Assembly (NCBI GenBank): GCA_964527765.1
Contig: CAZGQR010000003.1
Span: forward strand, 75,366-139,365
Length of the DNA: 64,000 bases
Source: an uncultured Planctomycetia bacterium
Lineage (GTDB): Bacteria > Omnitrophota > Gorgyraeia > Tantalellales > Tantalellaceae
Direction: 5' to 3'
Positions 1-9,137 of this stretch are shown here, piece by piece; within the stretch, counting starts at the first letter, position 1; every line of letters starts with the position of its first letter. Made by a program: the position numbers and the translations under genes. A model generated the notes under the pieces. That model was not told the origin of the DNA. It saw only the letters and a list, made by a program, of their open reading frames with translations, and searched no databases.

Positions 1-1
1 C

Positions 2-430
2 CTGGAAAAGGCCGGCTATGATTTTTCCCTGGTCTGGTCATACTCGGGGCATGACGGGCATAATGCCAAGCCGGTCATGGATGAGATAGCGCAATATCAG
101 GTGGGAAATTACAAGTTCGCCAAACTGAAAAAAATGCCTCGTGAATATGTCAGGCACGCCTTCCTTTACATCCTTACGGCAAGGGAGCTTTTCATCGCGC
201 AAAGAAATACCAAGGCGGGCTCCGCGGGAAATGACCCCACGGATCCGGATTCCGAATTCTTTTCTTACCTTTCCGGGCGCGCGAAAAACATATCCGATGA
301 AAAGCTGCGTTATGCGGTCGAGGAGATACTTCTGATATCCATGCTCAAAGGCATACCGCTGAACCGCGGAAACATCAAATTCCTCCTGCTGGACGCCGTC
401 AGCGGCAGACAGCCCCGATCGCGCCAGTGA
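2..430 (+). CDS. Hypothetical protein, C-terminal part (reading frame open to the window edge; ATG at 77 may be internal)
   Basis: Frame 2 has no stop from nt 2 to TGA 428-430. No family recognised by eye. Convergent with the PilZ gene. Confidence 0.4.
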   Translation: MEKAGYDFSLVWSYSGHDGHNAKPVMDEIAQYQVGNYKFAKLKKMPREYVRHAFLYILTARELFIAQRNTKAGSAGNDPTDPDSEFFSYLSGRAKNISDEKLRYAVEEILLISMLKGIPLNRGNIKFLLLDAVSGRQPRSRQ

Positions 431-460
431 TCAATAGGGTACGGTTTATCGCGCTAAGCG

Positions 461-871
461 TTATACTTTTGACGGCGGGGTGTTTTTCAGGTATTCCGTG
501 GAGGCTTTCCTGAAAGAAAGGCTTTTGCGGTTGTATAGGTTGCATTCTCTCCGGAACTGCGTGATCTCTCCGATCTCTTTTTCAAGCGTTAGGGGAAAGT
601 CTTTCGGAACATTAAAGAACTTGGCGCCGATGTTATAGATATTCTTCCCGAGCTGCCTGACATAGACGATGATCGCCTTCAGGCGGAACATCTTGTTCTT
701 AAGGAAGACGTGGACATGTACCTTGTCATTTTTGCGCACTTCTTCCGTGGCAGTGAACGCAATGCCCCCTCCGCTTACATCTACCAGATCAAGGGGCCCG
801 TTCACGTGCTTTTCATCCCCTTCGATCGGGTAAGCGGCCATATAACGCTTCCATTTTCTTCTTTCTACCAT
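461..871 (-). CDS. Stand-alone PilZ-domain protein (c-di-GMP receptor type), 136 aa
   Basis: Start taken at internal ATG 871 (MVERRKWKRY...); the longer 263-aa ORF overlaps the upstream gene. Both PilZ signatures are present: RRKWKR (RxxxR) and DVSGGG (DxSxxG). Confidence 0.75.
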   Translation of the reverse strand: MVERRKWKRYMAAYPIEGDEKHVNGPLDLVDVSGGGIAFTATEEVRKNDKVHVHVFLKNKMFRLKAIIVYVRQLGKNIYNIGAKFFNVPKDFPLTLEKEIGEITQFRRECNLYNRKSLSFRKASTEYLKNTPPSKV

Positions 872-975
872 AGCGTTTACAAGTATATCACAACAATTAA
901 AGCAAGTAAAGGTTAGTATATCAAAAAGTCGGATAGGCCGGAAAAATGCTGCTTTTTGCTTGCGGGACGCGAAAT

Positions 976-1608
976 TCAGCGGGCGGCATCGCCGTTTTCC
1001 GCTTCTTTGCCGACAAAAAGAAGAGGAAATATGATATCGCTTACGCAGCAGGGCACCCAAACGGCGAGAAATAAAAATAAAAAGACAGCCGCGTAGGAAA
1101 AGAAATTTAACGCTTTCCCTGCCGCCATGATAACATGAAAAAGCGACGCCCATGTGCTTACCAGAACATGTCCCGCGTGCGGAAACCGGGTCCTGGGCCA
1201 GAAATACGCAATGGTTATGCCGGCCACAGCGAGAGGGTTCACAAGCCACCATTCCTCGATAAAACCTATATGCGGTTCGGCGTGCGGCATCCCCAGGAGA
1301 AGTTCCCCGAGATAGGGTATGACCGAATCACTTAATGTCGCTATGCCGATCGATCCAACGTAGCCGACAATAAGCAGCGCCGCAATACTGCATCGTCCCC
1401 TGTCGGCCCTGCACTTATAATTTTTGTACATGGCGGCAGTAACCAGCGCGCTCAGGACAACGTGTATCGGATGAAGCGTGTAAAAAACATCGTAGGCGGT
1501 CCTGTAGGGCAGCTTGCAGAAAAACAGCATGATGACCACTCCTGTCAACGCGCCAAAAGCGGTAAACGGGGCATGCCTTCTCAGCTCGTACAGGATTGTG
1601 CTTTTCAT
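976..1608 (-). CDS. Polytopic membrane protein rich in conserved-looking His/Cys, function unknown (possible metal/ion transporter)
   Basis: 210 aa, about 6 hydrophobic segments, motifs HPIH, HAEPH, HAGH, CC. Starts 13 nt after the upstream GT gene, so likely the last gene of the operon. Confidence 0.5.
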   Translation of the reverse strand: MKSTILYELRRHAPFTAFGALTGVVIMLFFCKLPYRTAYDVFYTLHPIHVVLSALVTAAMYKNYKCRADRGRCSIAALLIVGYVGSIGIATLSDSVIPYLGELLLGMPHAEPHIGFIEEWWLVNPLAVAGITIAYFWPRTRFPHAGHVLVSTWASLFHVIMAAGKALNFFSYAAVFLFLFLAVWVPCCVSDIIFPLLFVGKEAENGDAAR

Positions 1609-1621
1609 GTGCGGAAAGCTC

Positions 1622-2662
1622 TTACTCGCTCAGTAATCTCTCAAACAGGTCTATATACCGCCTGGCTATTCTTTTCGGTGAATGCGCTTCCACGAATTTA
1701 TCCGCGTCTTCTATAAGGTGTTTCCGCTTCTTCTCGCTGCCAAGCAGGTCGATGAGTCTCTTGTTCAGGGCGGTAATGTCCCTGTAGTGGATCACTTCGC
1801 TTGTCCAGTCATGAAAAAAATCCGACTGACTGGGGACGAATATCGGACAGCCGGCGCCCATCGCCTGATAGACGGTCGACGAGACAACAGCGTGGAACCG
1901 GCTCTGGAATTTATGAAGGATGACCGCGTCCGAGGCAAAAAGGTAATCATCGAATTCTTTCGTCGACAAAGCATTGCATTTTCGCACTATCCGCCAATCG
2001 GTGGGGGTCAGCTCCTCAAGCATCTGGTAATCTTTGGCAACAAGATGCAAAAGGACCGCCTTTCTTTTGAGCTTCGGGGGCAGATCCCTGTAATAGGAAT
2101 GATACCCGCGCATGCCGAACGAATAGATGATCTTCTTGTCCAGCGGAAGTTTCAGCCTTTTTCTGGCCGCGGTTTTTTTGCACCTCCTCAGCTCCCAGGC
2201 GGGAAACGGGATATATTCCGCATCCGGGTAGATCTTCCGCAGGAAGTCCTGCCTGTGATCGAAATAAACGATCTTATCCCAGTCTATCTCATAAAACCAC
2301 GAATGGTCGCATATCCTGTTCTCGTGGACAACGTGCACCAGTTTTGCCTTCTTCCTCAGCACGGGGATTATATTGGACAATTTTTCCACCGGCAGCATTC
2401 CCAGGTCTTCGACAAGAAGCACGTCAAAATCGGTTTCCAGGAACGGGCGGGCATCCAGAGCATAAGTCCCTGTCCTTGTCCCGAAACATCTTTTCACGTA
2501 ACTTTCGTCCTTGGCGGTGATACCCTCCCCGTGATAATCATGCCTCGAAAAGGTGAACACCGTTACCTTGTGCCCCATCTCCCTGAAGGCCCTGCCTATG
2601 GGCTCCGCGTGCATCGCGACTCCGCTATTTGTATTCCATGCAGCCATGATTCCTATTTTCAT
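1622..2662 (-). CDS. GT-B fold glycosyltransferase-like protein (GT4/GT1-like), 346 aa
   Basis: Start at ATG 2662 (MKIGIMAAW) with GGAGG 7 nt upstream. N-terminal MKIxIxxxxxxxSGV and C-terminal ...YQAMGAGCPIFVP resemble GT-B nucleotide-sugar transferases. Family not firmly identified. Confidence 0.5.
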   Translation of the reverse strand: MKIGIMAAWNTNSGVAMHAEPIGRAFREMGHKVTVFTFSRHDYHGEGITAKDESYVKRCFGTRTGTYALDARPFLETDFDVLLVEDLGMLPVEKLSNIIPVLRKKAKLVHVVHENRICDHSWFYEIDWDKIVYFDHRQDFLRKIYPDAEYIPFPAWELRRCKKTAARKRLKLPLDKKIIYSFGMRGYHSYYRDLPPKLKRKAVLLHLVAKDYQMLEELTPTDWRIVRKCNALSTKEFDDYLFASDAVILHKFQSRFHAVVSSTVYQAMGAGCPIFVPSQSDFFHDWTSEVIHYRDITALNKRLIDLLGSEKKRKHLIEDADKFVEAHSPKRIARRYIDLFERLLSE

Positions 2663-2710
2663 TCCGTATCCTCCTTCTGGCAGAACGTTTCTGCAGTCGC
2701 CCAAATATTA

Positions 2711-3778
2711 TCATGTAAACGGAACTTTTGCAAGGCGGTCCTCTTTTAAGATGTCCGAAACCGTTCCCTGCCACTCCGTGTCCCCGTAACGTATCTTCCG
2801 GAAATGCCAGTATTCGGCCCCCCAGAGCAAGATGGCGTCAACTCCAAGCTCCCGGAATTCCCTGAAAAGTTCCGCCATCATCTCGGGCGCACTCGTCAAT
2901 ACCGCCCCTTCCCCTTTATGGACCAGCTGGCCGGGCTCCCAGGGTTCCGCTTGAAGCTCCGCGATCCAGGCCTTTTTTCCCTTACTTTGCGCGAGCGCCA
3001 GGACTTTTGAAAAATATCTCTCCCGCTCCTTCCGGCTGGTGCGGAAATATAGATCCGCGTTCCAGAACTCTTTTCCTACGACCGGATAGACATTAAGCCC
3101 CAGGATATCGCCTATGGCCAGGCATTCCCTGACGGGGTCATGCCGGCTAAGAAGGCGGTTGAGAAAGCGAAGGATCCTGTTGGGATATGTTGCCGTCGTC
3201 AAAAGGATCGGGCGCTTTCTCCCGTCGAGGCTCCTTACAAGCTCCACTTCCTGCTCTAAAAAAGCCCTGCCTATAAACCAGTATTGCCTCCCGGTGCGGT
3301 TCAGCGGCTCGTTCTCAACCTGCCACCAATGTATGATGGAATCGTCCTTATAGCGATCTACGACTTTTCTTATGAATTGAAGCGTGCGTTTTCGCAGATA
3401 TTCGTCTCTTGAGACATCCGTGCCGAAGGAAAGAGAAGTTCTTTTCAAGACCCAGTCGGGGATAAAATATTCGGGCCACCGGGGAGCCTTCATGCCTACC
3501 GTCAGCGCAACAGGGACCTTCTTTTTCGCGGCTTCATGTATCTGCCAGTCAAGAGCGGAAAAGTCATAGACATTTTCTTCTTTCTCTATTTCGTCCCAGT
3601 AGGCTCCCAGGCGAATAAGGTCGAACCCGGCCTCGAGTATGGAAAGATAGGTTTTTTCCCGGTCCATCCCCAGGTATTCGCTCTGGCGCGGACTGTAGGT
3701 CGTTCCTATTTGCACCGGTCCCGCATACAGCGCCGAGCACTGGAAAACAAATAATACCGCGAGGGCAAGCGCCTTCAT
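2711..3778 (-). CDS. Secreted clan GH-A (TIM-barrel) glycoside hydrolase, GH42/GH5-like
   Basis: Signal peptide MKALALAVLFVFQCSALYAG. Acid/base motif WQVENEP and candidate nucleophile strand WIAELQAEPW. N-terminal Y-x-P...AGFDLIRLG..W..IE..E..YDF pattern is typical of clan A. Confidence 0.65.
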   Translation of the reverse strand: MKALALAVLFVFQCSALYAGPVQIGTTYSPRQSEYLGMDREKTYLSILEAGFDLIRLGAYWDEIEKEENVYDFSALDWQIHEAAKKKVPVALTVGMKAPRWPEYFIPDWVLKRTSLSFGTDVSRDEYLRKRTLQFIRKVVDRYKDDSIIHWWQVENEPLNRTGRQYWFIGRAFLEQEVELVRSLDGRKRPILLTTATYPNRILRFLNRLLSRHDPVRECLAIGDILGLNVYPVVGKEFWNADLYFRTSRKERERYFSKVLALAQSKGKKAWIAELQAEPWEPGQLVHKGEGAVLTSAPEMMAELFREFRELGVDAILLWGAEYWHFRKIRYGDTEWQGTVSDILKEDRLAKVPFT

Positions 3779-3785
3779 AGACTTG

Positions 3786-5423
3786 TTATTTCCGTTTTTT
3801 GTCGGTGACCCAGAACGTCATATACCTGCCGAACATGAGCCGCGTCTGGGCATCCAGCGCAGGCAATGCGCTCAAAAAGATGATCGTCAGCGGGACCAGC
3901 AGCCACTGCAAGGCGAACCCTATCCTTTTAAAAATAGGATGTTTTTCTTTCTTTTCGGGCAGCAGCAGCAGGCTCAGTATGATGCTTGTGATCAGCGAGA
4001 GTGTCGCGAGGTGAAATATGGTTCCTGTGATGCGCGGCGCGCTGTAATAAAAGACGGAGTGCGAAAAATCCCTTCCGGCGAAAATAGCCGGCAGCCACCC
4101 GATGATCGTAAGCAGAAAAGCCCAGGTCGTCCAGGAAATATGGCCTTCGAACAATTTATACCCGCACTTTATCCTGCTCATGAGGGGTATGCCGCTCTTT
4201 TTCAAAAAGGCCCTCATCACTATGGGAAAATTTTCCACTCCCCAGGCCCATCGTCTTTTCTGCTTGTAGACATTGACGACCGTCTGCCACCATGTATCTG
4301 CGACCACCGCATCCATGGAAAGCGTGGTATACATCGGGACCACATGATATTTTCCGTCATAATGGACAAATGCTTTCCAGAATATAGCCGAGTCGTCCGA
4401 GATCATATCCACCGGCCAGTACCCTACTTCGACCAACGCTTTAAAACTCATGCTGTGGCTTGAAAACGTGACCAGCGTCTGGGGGTTGGTCGCCTCGATG
4501 AGCTGAAAAAAGGAAGACCCCGCCTCAAGGACCCTGGTGATCCCCGGCGCATCCCAGATATTATTGTTGTACACCGGTACGGGCTGAAAGCTTGCGCGGG
4601 TCCTCCACGGACATATCAAGAAATAATAAGTAAGGCTTGCGAAATACATGGGGCTCACCACTGTATCCGCGTCAAAACAGGATGAGATCACATTATCAAA
4701 ATGGATCTTTCGCTCCGCGAAATATTCCGCTGCTCTCTTCGCCGCAAAGGTCGTGTTGGCTCCCTTGGCCCGGGCCTCGCCGACAATACCGTCGGGGTGA
4801 ACGACTATCAGTATATCGAAAAAAGAGTCCCGGTAAACGTCCCTGATCTGTTCTGCCCCCTTTTTGACTTCCCCGCTCGCTCTTTCTTCCAGGGCCAGGA
4901 TCACCACGATCTGCTTCGGGGGAAATGTTCCTGCGGCAAGGCTTGCGATGCCCGGCTCGACGACTTCACGCGTCTCCTTGGCTACCGGGATAATGACCAG
5001 ATGATAAATATCCGCTGAAAGCGGCTGGTCGCCCCCGGCCCCTTTCAGGGATTCGACCTCCCTGCGATGGCATAACAGCGAGACCTTCTCCCTCGCATCC
5101 CCCGTTAAGGGCCGTTTCTTGAGCTGCCCAAGATATTCATCAAGCCGGTCCAGGCCGCGCACTCTTTCCATCCAGTCGGTCTTCTTCTCGACAGAAAGCC
5201 TGAGATAGGAAAGAATAAGGAAAAGGGTCATGTATAACAACTTTAAAAGCCAGTAAAAATAAAAAGCGATTATTATCACGGCGGCGGCGAGGGGATGCAC
5301 AAAAGCCAGGATGGCCAGCCCTATGATGATGGTCCAGCTCGTTGCGCCGGGGACGATCTCAAAAAAACGCTGAAGTGTTCTTTCCCGTCCGGTCAGCTTA
5401 TTGCCGGTGAAGTCGAACCTCAT
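3786..5423 (-). CDS. Integral-membrane processive family-2 glycosyltransferase (beta-glycan synthase-like)
   Basis: 545 aa with N- and C-terminal TM bundles. Motifs CFDADT (DxD), ISDDS (ED/TED-like) and QKRRWAWG (QxxRW). Stop/start overlap (ATGA) with the upstream PEGA gene. Confidence 0.8.
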   Translation of the reverse strand: MRFDFTGNKLTGRERTLQRFFEIVPGATSWTIIIGLAILAFVHPLAAAVIIIAFYFYWLLKLLYMTLFLILSYLRLSVEKKTDWMERVRGLDRLDEYLGQLKKRPLTGDAREKVSLLCHRREVESLKGAGGDQPLSADIYHLVIIPVAKETREVVEPGIASLAAGTFPPKQIVVILALEERASGEVKKGAEQIRDVYRDSFFDILIVVHPDGIVGEARAKGANTTFAAKRAAEYFAERKIHFDNVISSCFDADTVVSPMYFASLTYYFLICPWRTRASFQPVPVYNNNIWDAPGITRVLEAGSSFFQLIEATNPQTLVTFSSHSMSFKALVEVGYWPVDMISDDSAIFWKAFVHYDGKYHVVPMYTTLSMDAVVADTWWQTVVNVYKQKRRWAWGVENFPIVMRAFLKKSGIPLMSRIKCGYKLFEGHISWTTWAFLLTIIGWLPAIFAGRDFSHSVFYYSAPRITGTIFHLATLSLITSIILSLLLLPEKKEKHPIFKRIGFALQWLLVPLTIIFLSALPALDAQTRLMFGRYMTFWVTDKKRK

Positions 5424-6886
5424 GATCCTCCTGTTTGTTCGGTTTTATTTTCTTCCGTTGCTGCGGGAAAAGGCGTCGGGACCATGCCCTTGCTGGGCAC
5501 TATCTCGACCGAAAGAAGGTTCTCCGTCCCGGGTTCAAGAAAATACATTTTCCCCGTCTGTTCCGCATAATAGACCGCGCTTTTATCTTTCACATGAAAA
5601 AGATGATCCAGCGTGAACTCGCCATATTCCTCTATCTCTATCAGGAAAACGTCATTACCGTCCCGAAACAGTATGTGCGACCCCTCGTATACCCAGAAAC
5701 ACTGTTCGATGTCCTTGCCCTCCCTGTAGGCCCACGAAAGGGTAGGGCCTTTTTCGAACTGCACATCCTGTGTTTCCTCGGTCGAGAAGTCCAGTATCCC
5801 GATCCTGTCTTTCTGCCATACAAGCGCGCGCTCGAGTTTCGGATCGAATTCGACTCCCCTTACGCCTTTTTCGATAAACCGGTACGGGAGGCGGTTCGCC
5901 AGAAGCTTTCCGTCCTCACCCAGAAAAAGCATATAATCTTCGGAAAGAACCCTTACGTGAAAAAACCCCTTTTGTCCGAAGATAGAGGCGCCCAGCGCCT
6001 GATCGTCCATCAGCACTTTTTTGCTTTTTGTGTCATAGCTCATTTTCAAAAAAATATTATCACCGTGCAGAACGTATACTTCGCCGTTGAGCAGGCCGTA
6101 CCCCCGGACGTTCGGAACGCACCTTGGGTAGACCGCGCCGGAATCTACCTCCACCCGGCTCAGATAGTCTTCCTGAAAGGCAAAAAGAGTTTTTTCCTGC
6201 CCGGGCAGCCATTTGACCGCGCTGGGCACAACAGGGAAAAGCCCCGTAATATCTTCAACTGCATCCTTGTCTTCTCCGAGCTCTACCCATAGAAATCTCT
6301 CCCCGCCCCGGGAAGCAAGGCGCAAAATGACAACACAACTTTCCCTCACCGTAAAATATGACGCCAGTTCAGCGCCCGCAAAAGGAGAGTCTTTTTCAAA
6401 CAGCGCATGCGCTTTTTCGTTATTGTAATCGTATACCAGGATATCCCCCGCCGCCGGCCCGCCTGCAGCGAGAAAAAAGCCGCTTCCGGGAACGGGGAGC
6501 AGGTCCTGTATCCTATCGGGAAGAAGGGTGCTGGTTTTCCACTGAAGCGGCAGCAGCAGGATCTTGTCCAAAACCGTTGCTTTTTCAACTTCTACGGGGA
6601 CCGTCTGAGACCAGGGTTTATGATCATCCAGGGTCAGCTTGACGGGATAATCGCCCGGGACGAGCCCGCGGACCACAGTCGGGGTATTCTCCGCGTACTG
6701 ACTGTCCTTCAGGTAAATGGCGGCACCGGTCGGAGCGGTCGATAAATAGATCACCCCTGTTTGCACAACGCTCTCCTCCGCCCCGGGCCTGTAAATGTAC
6801 CCGAACGCATACAGAAGAATAAGCGGGCACAAGATTATGTATATGGCGGCAAAAATGTAAAAGAAGATCCTTCTTAAAAGCTGCAT
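5420..6886 (-). CDS. N-terminally membrane-anchored PEGA-domain protein with large uncharacterised ectodomain
   Basis: TM helix FFYIFAAIYIILCPLILLYAF, then a PEGA-like segment STAPTGAAIYL...NTPTVVRGLVPGDYPVKL. About 400 aa of beta-rich sequence follows. Translationally coupled to the GT2. Confidence 0.65.
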   Translation of the reverse strand: MQLLRRIFFYIFAAIYIILCPLILLYAFGYIYRPGAEESVVQTGVIYLSTAPTGAAIYLKDSQYAENTPTVVRGLVPGDYPVKLTLDDHKPWSQTVPVEVEKATVLDKILLLPLQWKTSTLLPDRIQDLLPVPGSGFFLAAGGPAAGDILVYDYNNEKAHALFEKDSPFAGAELASYFTVRESCVVILRLASRGGERFLWVELGEDKDAVEDITGLFPVVPSAVKWLPGQEKTLFAFQEDYLSRVEVDSGAVYPRCVPNVRGYGLLNGEVYVLHGDNIFLKMSYDTKSKKVLMDDQALGASIFGQKGFFHVRVLSEDYMLFLGEDGKLLANRLPYRFIEKGVRGVEFDPKLERALVWQKDRIGILDFSTEETQDVQFEKGPTLSWAYREGKDIEQCFWVYEGSHILFRDGNDVFLIEIEEYGEFTLDHLFHVKDKSAVYYAEQTGKMYFLEPGTENLLSVEIVPSKGMVPTPFPAATEENKTEQTGGS

Positions 6887-6895
6887 ATCTTCTCT

Positions 6896-8323
6896 CTACC
6901 TTTCCAGTCCTTCCCAGATAACTTCGAAACGCTTCTTAAGATCATCGGTGGAGAACGGCCAGACCGTGCGCCCGTAAAGAGCCTGGGTTACTTCCTTGTA
7001 GGAAAGCTTGTTCATCCTGAACTTAGGTATTTTATTGTCGATCTCAAGACAGTAGCGCATGAGCAGGAGCTGTTTCTGGACCATGTGGGGAAGCAAAAAG
7101 TGCTGCTGCACGGTCTCCCGGGCATGCTTGCTGAGAGTTTCCCGCAGCAGTTTATCTTCCAGGATAGACCTTATTGCCCGGAATATTTCGGCGCGCTCAT
7201 AAGGCTCGACCAGAAAACCGTTATGCCCGTTCACGACCTGCTTCTTTATCCCCCCGACCTTACTGCCTACCACGGGAGTCCCCTGCCACATCGCCTCAGA
7301 GACCACAAGACCGAACCCTTCCTTTGTGGAAACATGGACAAAGCAATCGGCGATCGTCAGAAGCGAGCCGATGATCTCGTCGTTATTTTCCACATTGAGC
7401 AAAAGGTGGATGTCCTCTTCTCCCTCGGCGGCTTTTTTCATCTCTTCGTACATCTTCATGCCCTCGGGGTCGTCGGTGGCGGAATTGCCGACCAGGATAA
7501 GGAGCGGGTGGGCCCCTTTTATGGGATTTTTTTTCAGAAGTTTAAACGCTTCTATGATAGCCCTCTGGTTCTTATGAATATCGTACCGTGATACCGCTGC
7601 CACTATCGGCCGTTCCGGATCTATATTATGCTTGTTGAACAATTGTTCCAGGGTCTTCAGGGCCTCCTTCCTGGAGCGGGGTTTATTCTTCGCCCGCAGG
7701 GGGTCGATCGAGGGGGTTATTTCGTAAGCGGGGATCTGTATGTTGTCCCTCATAAATTCCTTCGCCGTAAAGATAGCCCCTTCGTATTGGTTGATATAAG
7801 GAAGCAGAAAACGCCAGATCCTGCGGCTGGCGCTTGAAGTATCTATATGGCACCGCCAGAATATGTGGCCGTATACATTGCCGTTCATGATTATAGCGGC
7901 GGGCTGCGGGTCGTGGATAGTGACCATGTGCCCCACGACTTCTACCCCGCGGGTATTTTCATCGATCGTGTCAAGATAGGCGTGGAAGATCTCCCTGAGC
8001 GTGATGGTCTGGTCGACCCCCTGAAGCAGGTTGTGGAATTTCTTCGTCACCGTGAAAAATTCTTCGCTGCCCTCTATGACGAACCACCTTGCGTCGATGC
8101 CGAGCCCTCTCGCGAACGGTACCACGCTCTGGAGCATCTCCGCGACGCCGCCGCCGATAAAAGTGGAGTTTACGTTCGCCCATACTTTCTTCTCCAGGTC
8201 CCCGGCCAGGAACTTGATATTGTCCATCAATTCCTTCCCGACAAAAGGCTCATACAGATCGACATTAACGGGCTCAAGCGGAACATATTCGTTCCCGTAT
8301 TTTCTGCTCTTATCATCAAACAT
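6896..8323 (-). CDS. GT4 glycosyltransferase, TreT-like (trehalose glycosyltransferring synthase family)
   Basis: Motifs VNSTFIGGGVAEML, IDARWFVIEG..EFF.VTKKFHN.LQG, HDPQPAA, WRCHID, PSIDPL and EGFGLVVSEAMW match my recollection of archaeal/bacterial TreT. Overlaps the otsB stop by 8 nt. Confidence 0.6.
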   Translation of the reverse strand: MFDDKSRKYGNEYVPLEPVNVDLYEPFVGKELMDNIKFLAGDLEKKVWANVNSTFIGGGVAEMLQSVVPFARGLGIDARWFVIEGSEEFFTVTKKFHNLLQGVDQTITLREIFHAYLDTIDENTRGVEVVGHMVTIHDPQPAAIIMNGNVYGHIFWRCHIDTSSASRRIWRFLLPYINQYEGAIFTAKEFMRDNIQIPAYEITPSIDPLRAKNKPRSRKEALKTLEQLFNKHNIDPERPIVAAVSRYDIHKNQRAIIEAFKLLKKNPIKGAHPLLILVGNSATDDPEGMKMYEEMKKAAEGEEDIHLLLNVENNDEIIGSLLTIADCFVHVSTKEGFGLVVSEAMWQGTPVVGSKVGGIKKQVVNGHNGFLVEPYERAEIFRAIRSILEDKLLRETLSKHARETVQQHFLLPHMVQKQLLLMRYCLEIDNKIPKFRMNKLSYKEVTQALYGRTVWPFSTDDLKKRFEVIWEGLER

Positions 8324-9131
8324 GTCCTTCTAACCCCCTTTTCAGCGTAAAAAGCAACCCGAGGAATCTTCTTACTTCTCCCGTGTCGCTCAAATAATAA
8401 TCGGCAAAGCTGGACCGGCCGCCGCCCTTTCCTACTTTTATGGTATACCCGCGGCGCTTTAAAAGGCGGAACGCATCTTCATCCGTCCTGTCGTCGCCGA
8501 TATAGAATGGGACTATCCTGCCTTTTATTTGTTTCTGTTTTTCTCCAAGCAAATGCAGGGCTGTCTTCCCCTTGTCCCATTTTACCGGAGGCCGGATCTC
8601 CCACACCTTTTTGCCTTTCGTTATAACGACCCTTCCCCGGGCACTATACGGTCCCGCGATGCTCTTGAAGATGTTTTCGGCTTGTTTTACCCTGCGCTTA
8701 TCGACCATCCGGAAATGAACGCTCAAGGTCAAGGTCTTGTCCTCTATATAGATACCCCTGAAGGAACGGTACCTTTTTTTTAATTCTCTGCCTATCTTGC
8801 TGATCGTTCTCTTTGCCTTCAGGGCCTCCGGCACGACATGCCGCAGACCCGGGCCCCTGGCTTCCAGGCCGTGATTGCCGGCATAAACGATGCCTGAGAC
8901 GCCGACGCGCCTCCGGACATCCCGGAGCGCCCGGCCGCTTATGACCGCTACCGATATATTTTCCCGGGAAAGGAGTTTTTTCAATGCTTTCGCGGTGGCA
9001 CCGCTCAGTCTGACCTTTTTCGGGTGCCTCCTGATCAGGGTAAGAGTCCCGTCAAAATCAAGAAAAAGATAAAGATATTTATTCCTGACTTCATCCGCTA
9101 TTTCCGGCCACTTTTTAATCAAGTGTTCCAT
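8316..9131 (-). CDS. otsB: Trehalose-6-phosphate phosphatase
   Basis: HAD motifs LFLDFDGTLT and GDDRTDEDAF. 271 aa. 6 nt downstream of otsA. Confidence 0.9.
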   Translation of the reverse strand: MEHLIKKWPEIADEVRNKYLYLFLDFDGTLTLIRRHPKKVRLSGATAKALKKLLSRENISVAVISGRALRDVRRRVGVSGIVYAGNHGLEARGPGLRHVVPEALKAKRTISKIGRELKKRYRSFRGIYIEDKTLTLSVHFRMVDKRRVKQAENIFKSIAGPYSARGRVVITKGKKVWEIRPPVKWDKGKTALHLLGEKQKQIKGRIVPFYIGDDRTDEDAFRLLKRRGYTIKVGKGGGRSSFADYYLSDTGEVRRFLGLLFTLKRGLEGHV

Positions 9132-9137
9132 TCTCTT

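Noticed and set aside
872-1252. N-terminal 127-codon extension of the PilZ ORF (track ORF 461-1252)
   Set aside because: The extension overlaps the 3' end of the upstream membrane-protein gene in another frame and is Cys/Arg-rich nonsense. The PilZ domain starts at the internal Met (871).
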